From assembly GCA_918797485.1 (NCBI GenBank), contig CAKKNE010000005.1, positions 4,526,001 through 4,590,000 on the forward strand: DNA of 64,000 nucleotides. Reading direction: 5' to 3'. The position numbers and the translations under genes are program-made. Under the pieces are notes generated by a model. That model did no database searches. It saw only the letters and a program-made list of their open reading frames with translations, and was not told the origin of the DNA. Shown here in pieces: positions 30,545 through 39,658 of this stretch; the first letter of the stretch is position 1; each line of letters opens with the position of its first letter. The DNA is from Pelagomonas calceolata. Lineage: Eukaryota.

Positions 30545-30815
30545 GTTTGTGCGCTGTAGGGGCCGCCCCACCTAACCGAGTGATGCAGCAAGCACGTGTC
30601 CCGAAGCGATGGGAGGCAGCAATATATATGCAGCTCCGGCGATTCTAGACGCGCAGAGGCCGATGCGACGCGCTGCCCGGCTTTCACTCTTGGGGCGCTG
30701 AGGCTGCCCTCTCTTTGTTTGCAAGGGAGTCCAGCGGCACCGCTTTGCGGCGAGGAGCGGTGCGCGGGCTCGTTCTGGACGAATGTCGTGGGCGGCGACG
30801 CATTCGTAAAACCTT

Positions 30816-30839
30816 GCTAGTGTGTTACAGGCCGCTAGC
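30816..30839 (+). promoter_or_regulatory. 24-bp palindromic intergenic motif
   Basis: GCTAGTGTGTTACAGGCCGCTAGC in the divergent spacer 30544/31000. Confidence 0.6.
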
Positions 30840-30999
30840 TGTCCAAAATCGCGGTCGAGTCATCTGCAGCATAATCCCTGCCATTGCTCAGTTTCTCGGG
30901 GCTAGAGACGGCGCAGACATCGCCGCAGCCCACAGCTGCAAAAGCACGGTGTCACGCCGTCGCTGCACCGCGAAACCAGACTGGGCAGCCACAGCCAGC

Positions 31000-31917
31000 A
31001 TGCGCGGCGCCGCATTGCTGCTCCTTGCCGCAACGGCGCGCGCCACACCACTCACAAAGCTGCGCGCCAGGCTCGTACCAAAGCCCAAGCAATCGATCGC
31101 CCTCGACGCGACCGACGGACCATCACCGAGGTCGCTGCGGCGAGACAACGCGGCCGCCGTGGCCACGGTCGAAGCTTTAATTGATGAGCGTGACCCGCGC
31201 TGGACGCAAATCTCCGAGGACGGCGCGCGCACCAAAGTCTGGCGGAGGAAAGATAATGAAAAGCACGCTTGTGTCCTAGCGAAGGGCATCATCGACGCCC
31301 CACCAGATAAAGTCTATGCGTTGTTTGCGGACGCGAAGCGCGCCAAGGAATTCAACGAGTTCTGCGACGAGTGCCACGACATCGCGCGGCTCGACGAACA
31401 GACGAAGGTGTCGTGGTCGGCCACGAAGAATTTCGGGCCGTTTCGTCCTAGGGACTTCGTGACGCTGTGCCACTTCACGAAGATGAAGGGCGGCGCGCGG
31501 TGCGTGGTCAATCGCGCGACGACGCACCCTCTGCGGCCCGTGACCGAGAAGTACGCGCGGGGGGCCATCCTCTTAGCGGCGAACGTCGTCGAGCCGGCGC
31601 CGAACGGCCGCACGCGCCTGACGCTGCTGACGCAGATCGACCCGGCTATTGATAGCAAGGTCGGAACAAAGATGAACAACGCCTTGGTCGTGCGGTCGCC
31701 GGGCGCGTTCTTCACGGCGGTGGAAAAGGCGGCGGGCGGGTCGTCCTACCGCAAGAAGGCGGCTGCCGGCGTCGCGGCGGCGGCGACGGCGGCGGGCGTT
31801 TCATATTTGAGGCGGCCCCTTTCGGAAAGCGATCGGCGCGCGCGGGCCGCGGCGTTGCGGCGGCGGAACGCGGAGCAAGTGCGGAACAAGCGGCGGCGGG
31901 AGAAGAGTCGGCGGTGA
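31000..31917 (+). CDS. START lipid-binding domain protein with signal peptide
   Basis: MRGAALLLLAATARA leader; GIIDAPPDKV, FRPRDFVT, YARG, TRLTLLTQIDP. Confidence 0.85.
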   Translation: MRGAALLLLAATARATPLTKLRARLVPKPKQSIALDATDGPSPRSLRRDNAAAVATVEALIDERDPRWTQISEDGARTKVWRRKDNEKHACVLAKGIIDAPPDKVYALFADAKRAKEFNEFCDECHDIARLDEQTKVSWSATKNFGPFRPRDFVTLCHFTKMKGGARCVVNRATTHPLRPVTEKYARGAILLAANVVEPAPNGRTRLTLLTQIDPAIDSKVGTKMNNALVVRSPGAFFTAVEKAAGGSSYRKKAAAGVAAAATAAGVSYLRRPLSESDRRARAAALRRRNAEQVRNKRRREKSRR

Positions 31918-31939
31918 GTTGTGTATAAATTATCTGTGG

Positions 31940-33413
31940 TTAGTGTTCCGTCACGTTCCGCGCCAGCAGCGCCCACATACGCCTCTGGGACGCCCTGAAC
32001 ACGCCGATCGCCACGATGTCCGCCGCGAGCGCGTCGTCGCCGTTGGACGCCGCGTCGAGCGCAGAGTACGCTGCCTCGACGGTGTCGAGCTGCGCGCGCG
32101 ACTGCTTCTTTGGCCCGGCAGGTAGCTTCCCCGGCGGCAGGTGGCGCACGGTAGACACGTAGGTCGGGATGTGGAATCTTCGGCACCCGCCGCCGGGGAG
32201 CTCCGGACAGGTCGTCAGCTTATACAGTACTTCGTGAGCCAAACCGATCTCCACATCGAAAATCATGTCGCGGACTTGAGTCGCCGACAAAGGCTCGCCG
32301 ACAAAGGCTCGCCGGTGGTACGCCCGCAGCATCGTCTCGACATTTGCTCTATGCCGCTTCCGCGCGTAGCGCGCGAGGTCCTGGATGGCGCTTCCTTCGT
32401 GCGCGTCCTCGTAGTCCAGGATCTTTATCGCGTCGCCCGTGCGTACGACGTTCCAGCCGTGCAAGTCTCCGTGCGAGCAGACGAAGCGCGACGCGAGGCG
32501 CGACCGCGCCCAGGCCGATGAGCGCTCCGCCGCGAACCGGTAGACGGCCCGCAGGCGCCGGGGCCAGGACGCCGGCGGCGCCTTCGCCAGCGACCCGCCG
32601 ACCGTCGCGGCGCCGAGCGCGTCCACGGGCTTTTTGGGCGGTCGGGCGCACTCTTGCCTGAGGTCGTCGGCGAGGCCGTGGACGCAGGCGACGGCCCGGC
32701 CGTACGCCCGCGCCAGGCGCTTGTCCGGTCGCCTGTGTGGAAATCAACCAGTGCGTCGGGTGCACCCGACAATTCTTCACTAAGTCGTTTCTCGGCGATG
32801 GCGCGGCCGTCCTGGCAAGGTCGAGCGGTGAGGAACCGGCATCGCCACGCCATCGAGCAGGCATCGCGTCGATGGCGTGGAGGACGACGCGATGATTCAG
32901 CACGAACGCGCCGTAAAATTTTGATTTCCACACAGCCGGTCGCCATCTCAAGAAATCGCCGCCGACGCGCGCGCCGGCGGGCTCCGAGATCGTGAGGTGG
33001 TGGTCGCCGACCGCTCCCATGAAGTATATTTTTGGAGCACAGCCGCGCTCGCCGGCGAGCTCGGTCAGGGCGTCGTCGCGCCCGGCGCGGTAGCCCGGCC
33101 GCGCGACGACGAAGACCTCTCGCGGCGATGCCGACGAGAACCACGACGCGCTGACGACGAACGTGTCGCTCCGCTTCCCCTGCGTCGACGCCTCGCGGAT
33201 GGATAGCTTCGTGTCTTGCGACCAGACGTGCGTCTGGCACAAATCAACGACGAGCGTCTTCAGCTCCGGCTCGGGCGGCACGCGGCCCGGCTCGCCCTCG
33301 TCCCTGAGGAGGCCCTCGTCACTCGTGCCGCGGAAAATGTAGAGGGTCGAGAGGCAACAAGCCAGGCCGGCGAGCGCGACGGCCCGCGGCCCGACGCGGC
33401 GGCGGCGGCGCAT
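31940..33413 (-). CDS. Type II membrane choline/aminoglycoside-kinase-like phosphotransferase; exons 33413-32944 and 32732-31940
   Basis: N-terminal TM after poly-Arg; splicing gives FLRWRPDKRLARAYG.., in frame with SHGDLHGWNV..KILDYE. Confidence 0.8.
32733..32943 (-). mobile_element. Introner (element 32733-32935; GC-AG intron of 211 bp)
   Basis: Perfect 15-bp TIRs CTGTGTGGAAATCAA/TTGATTTCCACACAG; perfect TSD CCGGTCGC at 32725-32732 and 32936-32943. Confidence 0.95.
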
Positions 33414-33548
33414 GCTTCAGTCGTCGCCGACGGGCGCGCTTGCCTGGGTCGTAATTGCGACGTCCACGAGCACCAAGACGCCATCTCAAACCTGTTTTAT
33501 TTCGCCGTCCGCGACGCGCACGCTCTACAGACGCCCCGCCAACGCAAA

Positions 33549-34670
33549 ATGATCCTCACAACTTGCCCCGCCTGCGCCGCCCCACTGGCCCACGACGCGC
33601 CGCGATGCGTACGCTGTAAGCTAAGATACTGTGACTCGACTTGCCAACACGACCACTGGCGCCGCGGCCACAAGCAGATGTGCAAGAAAATACACCGCGG
33701 CGGCAACGCAGAACAGTATAATGCCGACAAAAAATACAAGGAGGCCGTCGCGGTCGCGGTCGAGAAATGCGCGGACGACACGAAGGGCCAGACGTGCTAC
33801 ATCTGCACGCAAGCCCTTCACTGGAAGACAAAGGAGGGTCTCATCCGCGGGTGCGCGTGCCGCGGGACGGCAGGTTTCGCGCACTTGTCGTGTTTGGCGG
33901 AGCAGGCGAAGATTTTGGTTGCGGAGGCGGAAGAGAATAATTGGGACAAGGCGGGGAATGAGAGGTGGAAACGGTGGTACTCGTGTAGCCTGTGCGAGCA
34001 AGAATACCACGGCGTCGTTCGGGGCGCGCTCGGGTGGGCCTGCTGGAAGGCGTACTTGGGGCGGCCGGAGACGGACAGGCCTCGGCAGTTGGCGATGAAC
34101 GTGCTTGGGATGGGTTTACACGAAGTAGAACACTACGAGGACGCATTGTCCGTGCAAGAGGCCGAGTTGGCTATGAAGCGACGCATTGGCGCATCGGAAC
34201 ACGAATTGCTTGCCGTGCAGAACAATCTCGCGAGGACGTATGCTAAGACTGGAAGGTTCGAGGATGCCGTACGCACGTCGCGAGACGTTTACTCCGGTCG
34301 TTTAAGGGTCAACGGCGAAGAGCATGAATCAACCCTCCGAGCGGCCAACAACCACGCGTCGTTCCTTATCGATCTGCGGCGCTACAAAGAAACCAAGCCC
34401 GTCTTGCGTAAAATAATCCCCGCGGCGCGACGCGTTCTAGGAGAGAGTCATCATCTCACGATTTTGATGAAGATGAATTACGCGGCTGCGCTCTACCAGG
34501 ACAGGGGTGCCACCCTCGACGATCTGCGCGAGGCTGTGACGACGCTCGAGGAATTGGAACCGATCGCGCGGCGCGTGCTCGGCGGCCAGCACCCGCTCCT
34601 AGTGATGATCGAAGACCGGCTGCGAAACGCACGCGCCCGCGAAGCGGGAGTTCCTATGGAGCCAATCTAA
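33549..34670 (+). CDS. MYND zinc finger + RINGv + TPR family protein (full length)
   Basis: CPAC..CVRC..YCDSTCQHDHW..HKQMC; CYIC..CACRG..AHLSCL; TPR repeats. Confidence 0.85.
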   Translation: MILTTCPACAAPLAHDAPRCVRCKLRYCDSTCQHDHWRRGHKQMCKKIHRGGNAEQYNADKKYKEAVAVAVEKCADDTKGQTCYICTQALHWKTKEGLIRGCACRGTAGFAHLSCLAEQAKILVAEAEENNWDKAGNERWKRWYSCSLCEQEYHGVVRGALGWACWKAYLGRPETDRPRQLAMNVLGMGLHEVEHYEDALSVQEAELAMKRRIGASEHELLAVQNNLARTYAKTGRFEDAVRTSRDVYSGRLRVNGEEHESTLRAANNHASFLIDLRRYKETKPVLRKIIPAARRVLGESHHLTILMKMNYAAALYQDRGATLDDLREAVTTLEELEPIARRVLGGQHPLLVMIEDRLRNARAREAGVPMEPI

Positions 34671-34704
34671 TAACTAAGCGAGGGAATTTACGTCGTCCTC
34701 ACTA

Positions 34705-36887
34705 TCACTCCTCCATCGGCACGGGCTCGTGCCCGTTCCCCGAGTCGTCGTCGGACCGCCGCGCCCGCACGAGCCGCGCGTACGCCTCCCCCAATGCCGG
34801 GTCGTCCCGCGTGATCTCCAGCCCCGACGCGCGCACGGCCTTCGCGTCGCGCCCGTTCACGATGTTCCGCGTGAACGCCACGGACTCTTCCAAGTTGAGC
34901 GTGCAGTGCCACAGCCCGGGCGGGATCAACACGCAGTCGCCCGGGCTCTGCACGCACCAGGCCAGGGCGCCGTCGACAGCGAGCTCCGCCGAGCACCGTA
35001 ACAAATGTTCCCACTCGCGGAACCAGCCGTCCGCGGCCGGCGCCGAGTGCTCATCTACTAAACCGGGCGGCAGGCAGCCCGCGCCCGCCGGCGCGAAGAA
35101 GCACCAGAGCTTCCGCCCCGACAGCAGACAGTGGTACGCGCTCGTCCAGAAGGGGTCGCGGTGCCACTGGCTTCCCGCGCCGCGCCCGCCTCCCACTATC
35201 CATTTACGTTCCCTCCCCAACAACTGCGCCGCTCCACTCTCAGCGTCGCGCCAGAGCTCCTCGGTTTTGGATGCAAAGTCCTCCAACAAGTCGTCGCGCA
35301 TCGATGATGGTGGTTCTATCACTAGATTCTCGGGGAGGTCCTCGTGGTCAAATAACACCAGGGGGTCGTCATCCGTCGTCACGTTACTATATTTCTGCAG
35401 GTCCTCCGCCGTGCACCTGCAGTTCAATTCCCCTTGCGTCGAGCAGCGCCACCGTCGACTCCCGAGATCCGTTAATGAGGCCCGCGTCTCGGAGAAATTC
35501 GACAGTAGAAAGGGCGAGCCCCCGTGCGCTATGAGTTCCGACGCCGACGGAGGATTAGCGGGTTTCAGGCACCTCTCCGCCGAAAACCGATCGACGTCCG
35601 GCAGCGGCTTTTGTAAACGCGGCCGCGGGTTCCACGGTAACAGTGACGAAGCGCCGTGGTTCCTCCGACACAGCGCCTCCCAGACGTTTACCGCACTTAG
35701 ATCATTCTCAGAGAAGGATACGTGTCTCCCACCGTCGAAGACGTTGTGGGGCCGTTCATCATCGTCGGCCATGAGGACCTGTGTGGAATCAACCAGTGAG
35801 TTAGGTTATCCTGAGAAATATTGCGTGGACCTTTGTGGACCCTCACGCCATCGAGCAGACATAGCTAGGGAGACAACATCGCGTCGATGGCGTGGGGCGC
35901 CTGAAATTTGATTTCCACACAGATGAGGACGACGCGGCGCCACGCGCTTGCGTCATTAAGGGATTTCAAAGGTTCCCGCCCACAGCATCTTAAGGTTAAA
36001 ATATCCTTCCGCTCCAACCATAACGACGGGTGGCGCCACAGCTCCTGGCGCATCGATCGCATCTCTGGCGGTTCGATCGACGACTGCGAGATCGAGTAGA
36101 CGTCGTCCCCTGGTAGGGCGATGGACTGGAGCTGGAACAGGACGTCCCGTTGCAAACAGCCGGCCCGCAGCGGTTCCTTCGTAGACAGTAGGTCCTTGCG
36201 CGGGTGCGTGCCGCATAGAGCCGGCACCAGATCGTCCGCCGGCACGAGCAGCACGTTCGCGCTCTTCTCCAATAGTCTATCGCAGCCCTGGCGCGTGACG
36301 CAGTACGCGTGCAAGCAGGACGAGAAGCCCGCCGGCCGCACGACGGCGTCCGACTCGTCTTCCGGGCCGAGTCTATGGCGCCCCACATACACGAAATCAA
36401 AGTCCTCTCCACAACTCTCCATCGCCTTGGCGATGTGGCGCCAGGCGACCTGCCAGGCCGGCCCGTAGAAGGCGCTCCACTGCGACTCGGCGGCCGGGTG
36501 CAGGCACGGCACGCAGTCGTCCTCGACGATCAGCACCCACTTCAGGTCGGCATCCTCGCGCATGGCCTCTTTTGCTTTTTGCCAAGCTAATCGATGGGAC
36601 CGCGTGCACGCCTTCTCCTCATTTGATACCGGTCGCAAGTAGTAGCGCTCGAGGCCCGACCGGGCGACGGCCTCGCATCCCGAACTGTGCCAGGCGTCGA
36701 GGAGCGCCTCGAGCTTCGATTCATCAAGCTCGAAGGATGAAAGAGATTGCGCGGAAGCTGCTTCGCTGGCTGCGACGGCCCGCACGTAGGCGACGTCCGT
36801 CTTGATGGCGCGGAGCGGCGCGACGCAGCTCCGGTCCATGAACGCGCGGCGGTCCTGGCGCGCGTCGAGGTTGATGATGAGGAGCAT
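34705..36887 (-). CDS. GT25 glycosyltransferase + F-box-like + JMJD6-type JmjC fusion (~676 aa); exons 36887-35931 and 35778-34705
   Basis: IINLDARQDRR, EKACTRSH..AW, LIVEDD, DFVYVG, HAYCVT..G..LL, PAD (GT25); GSQWHRDP..AYHCLLSGRKLW..QSPGD..IPPGLWH..NL (JmjC); phase-0 intron removal joins WRRV-VLMADDD. Confidence 0.8.
35779..35930 (-). mobile_element. Introner (element 35779-35922; GT-AG intron of 152 bp)
   Basis: TIRs present; perfect TSD ATGAGGAC at 35771-35778 and 35923-35930. Confidence 0.93.
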
Positions 36888-37092
36888 AGCTGCTGGCAAC
36901 TTTTGGCTAGCCGAGGGCTGGCTATGTGCCAAATTGCGCGGCTGGCGCCAGGTGCTGTTTTTGGGCTAAGCTCCACCAATCAAGATGCGGATTGTTATGC
37001 TGCCACTCATGGGCTGTAAGTCAATGCCGTTGATGGATTCTGGCACGTCTTTCGGCTGGTAGATGGGCCACAGCAGCCAATCGCTGTGTTTT

Positions 37093-37115
37093 GCTAGCGT
37101 CCTGTAAGACACTAG
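37093..37115 (-). promoter_or_regulatory. 24-bp palindromic intergenic motif
   Basis: Reverse complement CTAGTGTCTTACAGGACGCTAGC in the divergent spacer 36887/37281. Confidence 0.6.
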
Positions 37116-37193
37116 GACGTCCCCCCGGCAGCCATTATTGTGAGGTGTGCTACACGAGTAGGCTGCTAAGTTTGTCGAAGACTTGATTGCTGA

Positions 37194-37260
37194 GCTGTTT
37201 GCCACTGTGCGGTGCCCGAGGACCCGATTCCTGAACTGTTTGCCACTGTGCGGTGCCCGA
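37194..37260 (+). repeat. Short direct duplication in the 5' flank
   Basis: CTGTTTGCCACTGTGCGGTGCCCGA twice, 41 bp apart. Confidence 0.85.
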
Positions 37261-37280
37261 ACTTGACTGAGCTGCAAAGC

Positions 37281-38843
37281 ATGAGTGCCAGAGGCAGAGC
37301 ACGAGCGCGAAGCTCCTGGGAACTCGTGGTAGACGACACGGACGTGTCCAATGCCGATGACCAACTCGAACCGGAGCAGCCGTACGACGACGATGCGCGA
37401 ATGGCAGACCACCTCGTCGAGATTAACGAGGCGCTCAAGGACGAGTACTGGGAAACAGCCGTAGATTTGTGCGAAGAGGCGCTGGCGGAGCGACCGCGCT
37501 GGAGCGAGGTGCGGGCGGCGCGGGACCGCGCGGCGTCCTACTTGGAGGCCTCCGCGCGCGGACAGCCGACCCCGTACTTCACTGTGATCCGGGGTGCTCT
37601 CGTGACATACAACATGAACCGAGACCCCCTCGACAACGCGCAAGCACGGAAATCCCTGCCCGACGATGCATGGTTGCAAGTGATGCAGGGCCTGAGCTAT
37701 CCGCGGTGCGCGCTGCTGGCTGCGACGAATAAGCGGTTGGTGGCGCTCTTAAAGTTGAAACCGCTTGCGGCGCGCCGGGCGGCACGGCGCGTGTGGCACC
37801 TCACGGTCACGACGCTGCGGGACAACGCGCTATATAACGCGATGCCGACGAGCGAGAGAGGCTATCACGGGAAATATGGATTCGACGAGAGCGCCAAAGA
37901 AGAACTCGCTCTCATCGCCAAGGAATTCCCGGAGGCGCTCCAGGAGCGACACCTCCCGCCCTACGCCATCAAAAGGACGGGTATCATGCGACACGGCGCT
38001 TGGCGGTACAGTCGAGTGTTCGGCAAGACGCCGGACGAGGTCTGGGATAACTGCACTTCGCGACCTACCGGATGGCATGGCGTCCTGCCCGACGTACCGA
38101 TAACGCCGTTGGAGCTCGCCGTGTCCGACCCGGATGTGCATGATAGGGGAGGTGAGGCGAATACGCTGCTTAACCTCGGGGCGTTGCCCACGAAGCTCGC
38201 GCTGGACATCGCGCACAGGAACTGCAACTATGACTTAGGATGTTGGGCCCAGGAACTCGTGAGCCATTCACCCCAGCTCGTGGTGTCTAGCGGGAGTAAG
38301 CTGGCCCACCGGGGATGGCAAGGCGGCGGGTACAAAGATTTTGAGTTCGATCTAGACTTTTGTGCTGCGTATATAGATTCCCAATGCGACGACGATGGCG
38401 AGTATTATAGGGTTTGTAAGCACCTCGTCAAGGATCGCGGCGTCGTGCCGACGGTCGGCGTCAACATGGCTGCGGATGACGCGTTCTGCGAGAAGTATCC
38501 GCAGGAGATCGTCGACCAGTGGCTCGCGGATGCCTCCTTCAAGAAATATTGCACTGCATGCGAATGTGTCGAAGCGCGCGATGGCTTCTCCGAGGAGGAG
38601 TGGGAGCGAGAGCTCGGTCTGCGGTATTGCCTCGAATGTAACCTGTACCGCCGCCTCGTGGCCTTCTACCAGCGCCACAACCCCGCGATGTGGCTGGGAA
38701 GGATCGACGCTATCATGAGGAAATGGGGCCAGAACGAACCCGAGCTCTGGCGCCAGATGGCCGCCAAGTATGGCCAGCGCGCCGTCGACGACGCGCCACG
38801 CCCAGCGCGTGAAGTGCGGGTGGGTAATCGCGGCGGCCTCTAG
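37281..38843 (+). CDS. Hypothetical modular protein (F-box-like segment, CxxC..CxxC finger, C-terminal helical domain)
   Basis: SLPDDAWLQVMQGL (F-box-like); CTAC..FSEEEW..YCLEC; YRRLVAFYQRHNP..MAAKYG. Confidence 0.65.
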   Translation: MSARGRARARSSWELVVDDTDVSNADDQLEPEQPYDDDARMADHLVEINEALKDEYWETAVDLCEEALAERPRWSEVRAARDRAASYLEASARGQPTPYFTVIRGALVTYNMNRDPLDNAQARKSLPDDAWLQVMQGLSYPRCALLAATNKRLVALLKLKPLAARRAARRVWHLTVTTLRDNALYNAMPTSERGYHGKYGFDESAKEELALIAKEFPEALQERHLPPYAIKRTGIMRHGAWRYSRVFGKTPDEVWDNCTSRPTGWHGVLPDVPITPLELAVSDPDVHDRGGEANTLLNLGALPTKLALDIAHRNCNYDLGCWAQELVSHSPQLVVSSGSKLAHRGWQGGGYKDFEFDLDFCAAYIDSQCDDDGEYYRVCKHLVKDRGVVPTVGVNMAADDAFCEKYPQEIVDQWLADASFKKYCTACECVEARDGFSEEEWERELGLRYCLECNLYRRLVAFYQRHNPAMWLGRIDAIMRKWGQNEPELWRQMAAKYGQRAVDDAPRPAREVRVGNRGGL

Positions 38844-39074
38844 AGGCATCATAATGACGTACTACTATGTTAAACGTTGGGGACACGTACGTAGCGGACG
38901 ACGAGGGGGAGGGAAAGAGGGATATAATCAATACGAATTCTTGTGTATGCAGCGCCGGCGAGGCGGGGTTCGGGATCGCGGAACGAACAGCACTCCTTCG
39001 TCCCAGGGTCGATCGCGGCCAAAAAGACCCGCTCTTGCTTGGGCGCGGGCCGGCCGGCGCTGCGGCGACGGCGT

Positions 39075-39445
39075 CTAGCAGTCGTGGTACATTTCGTCGG
39101 TGTCGGACTTGATGCAGTAGAAATTGAGGTAGCACTTGGGACCCATTCCTCCGCCCCCATAGTGGCCTAAACAATTCATGAAGACCTTGTAGATGCCCGG
39201 GCAGCCGTCCTTTTCGCACGACTTCTTCCACAGCTTGACTTGGTCGTCTTTGGGCTCGCCCGGCGCGTAGCCGTACTCTACTTCGTCACTGGAATGCGTC
39301 CCATGTCCCGTTGAAACCTCGCCGTAGTAGGCGAACTTGAAGACGTCCTTCTTTTTGTCGTACGTGAAATGGCCATCGGGTGTGTACAGATCCCGGTCAT
39401 CCGCCGCGTAAAAGGCATGCGCTCCCCCAGCATGATCCGCGGAGG
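39075..39445 (-). pseudogene. 5'-truncated coding-like fragment
   Basis: Open frame without a start: ..AHAFYAADDRDLYTPDGHFTYDKKKDVFKFAYYGEV..CYLNFYCIKSDTDEMYHDC*. Confidence 0.4.
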
Positions 39446-39448
39446 CCC

Positions 39449-39628
39449 TATGACGCCGGCGCCACGCTCGAAGATCTCCGCGAGGCCGTAACGACGTTCG
39501 AGGACATTGTACGGACCGCGCGGCGCGTGTTTGGCGCTGCGCATCCGCTCACAACGGGGATTGAGCAGCAATTGCAAAACGCGCGAGTCGTCCTCCGCGC
39601 CCGCGAAACGCCGTCTGGCGAAGTGTAA
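39449..39628 (+). pseudogene. C-terminal fragment of the MYND-RINGv-TPR family
   Basis: GATLEDLREAVTTFEDIVRTARRVFGAAHPL matches GATLDDLREAVTTLEELEPIARRVLGGQHPL of 33549..34670. Confidence 0.8.
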
Positions 39629-39658
39629 ATCCAGCACTAAGTTACAAAAACCAAAAGC

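Noticed and set aside
32733..32935. Shared peptides such as WKSTSASGAPDNSSLS, HWLISTQ and CVEIK in several ORFs as a protein domain
   Set aside because: They are translations of intronic introner sequence.
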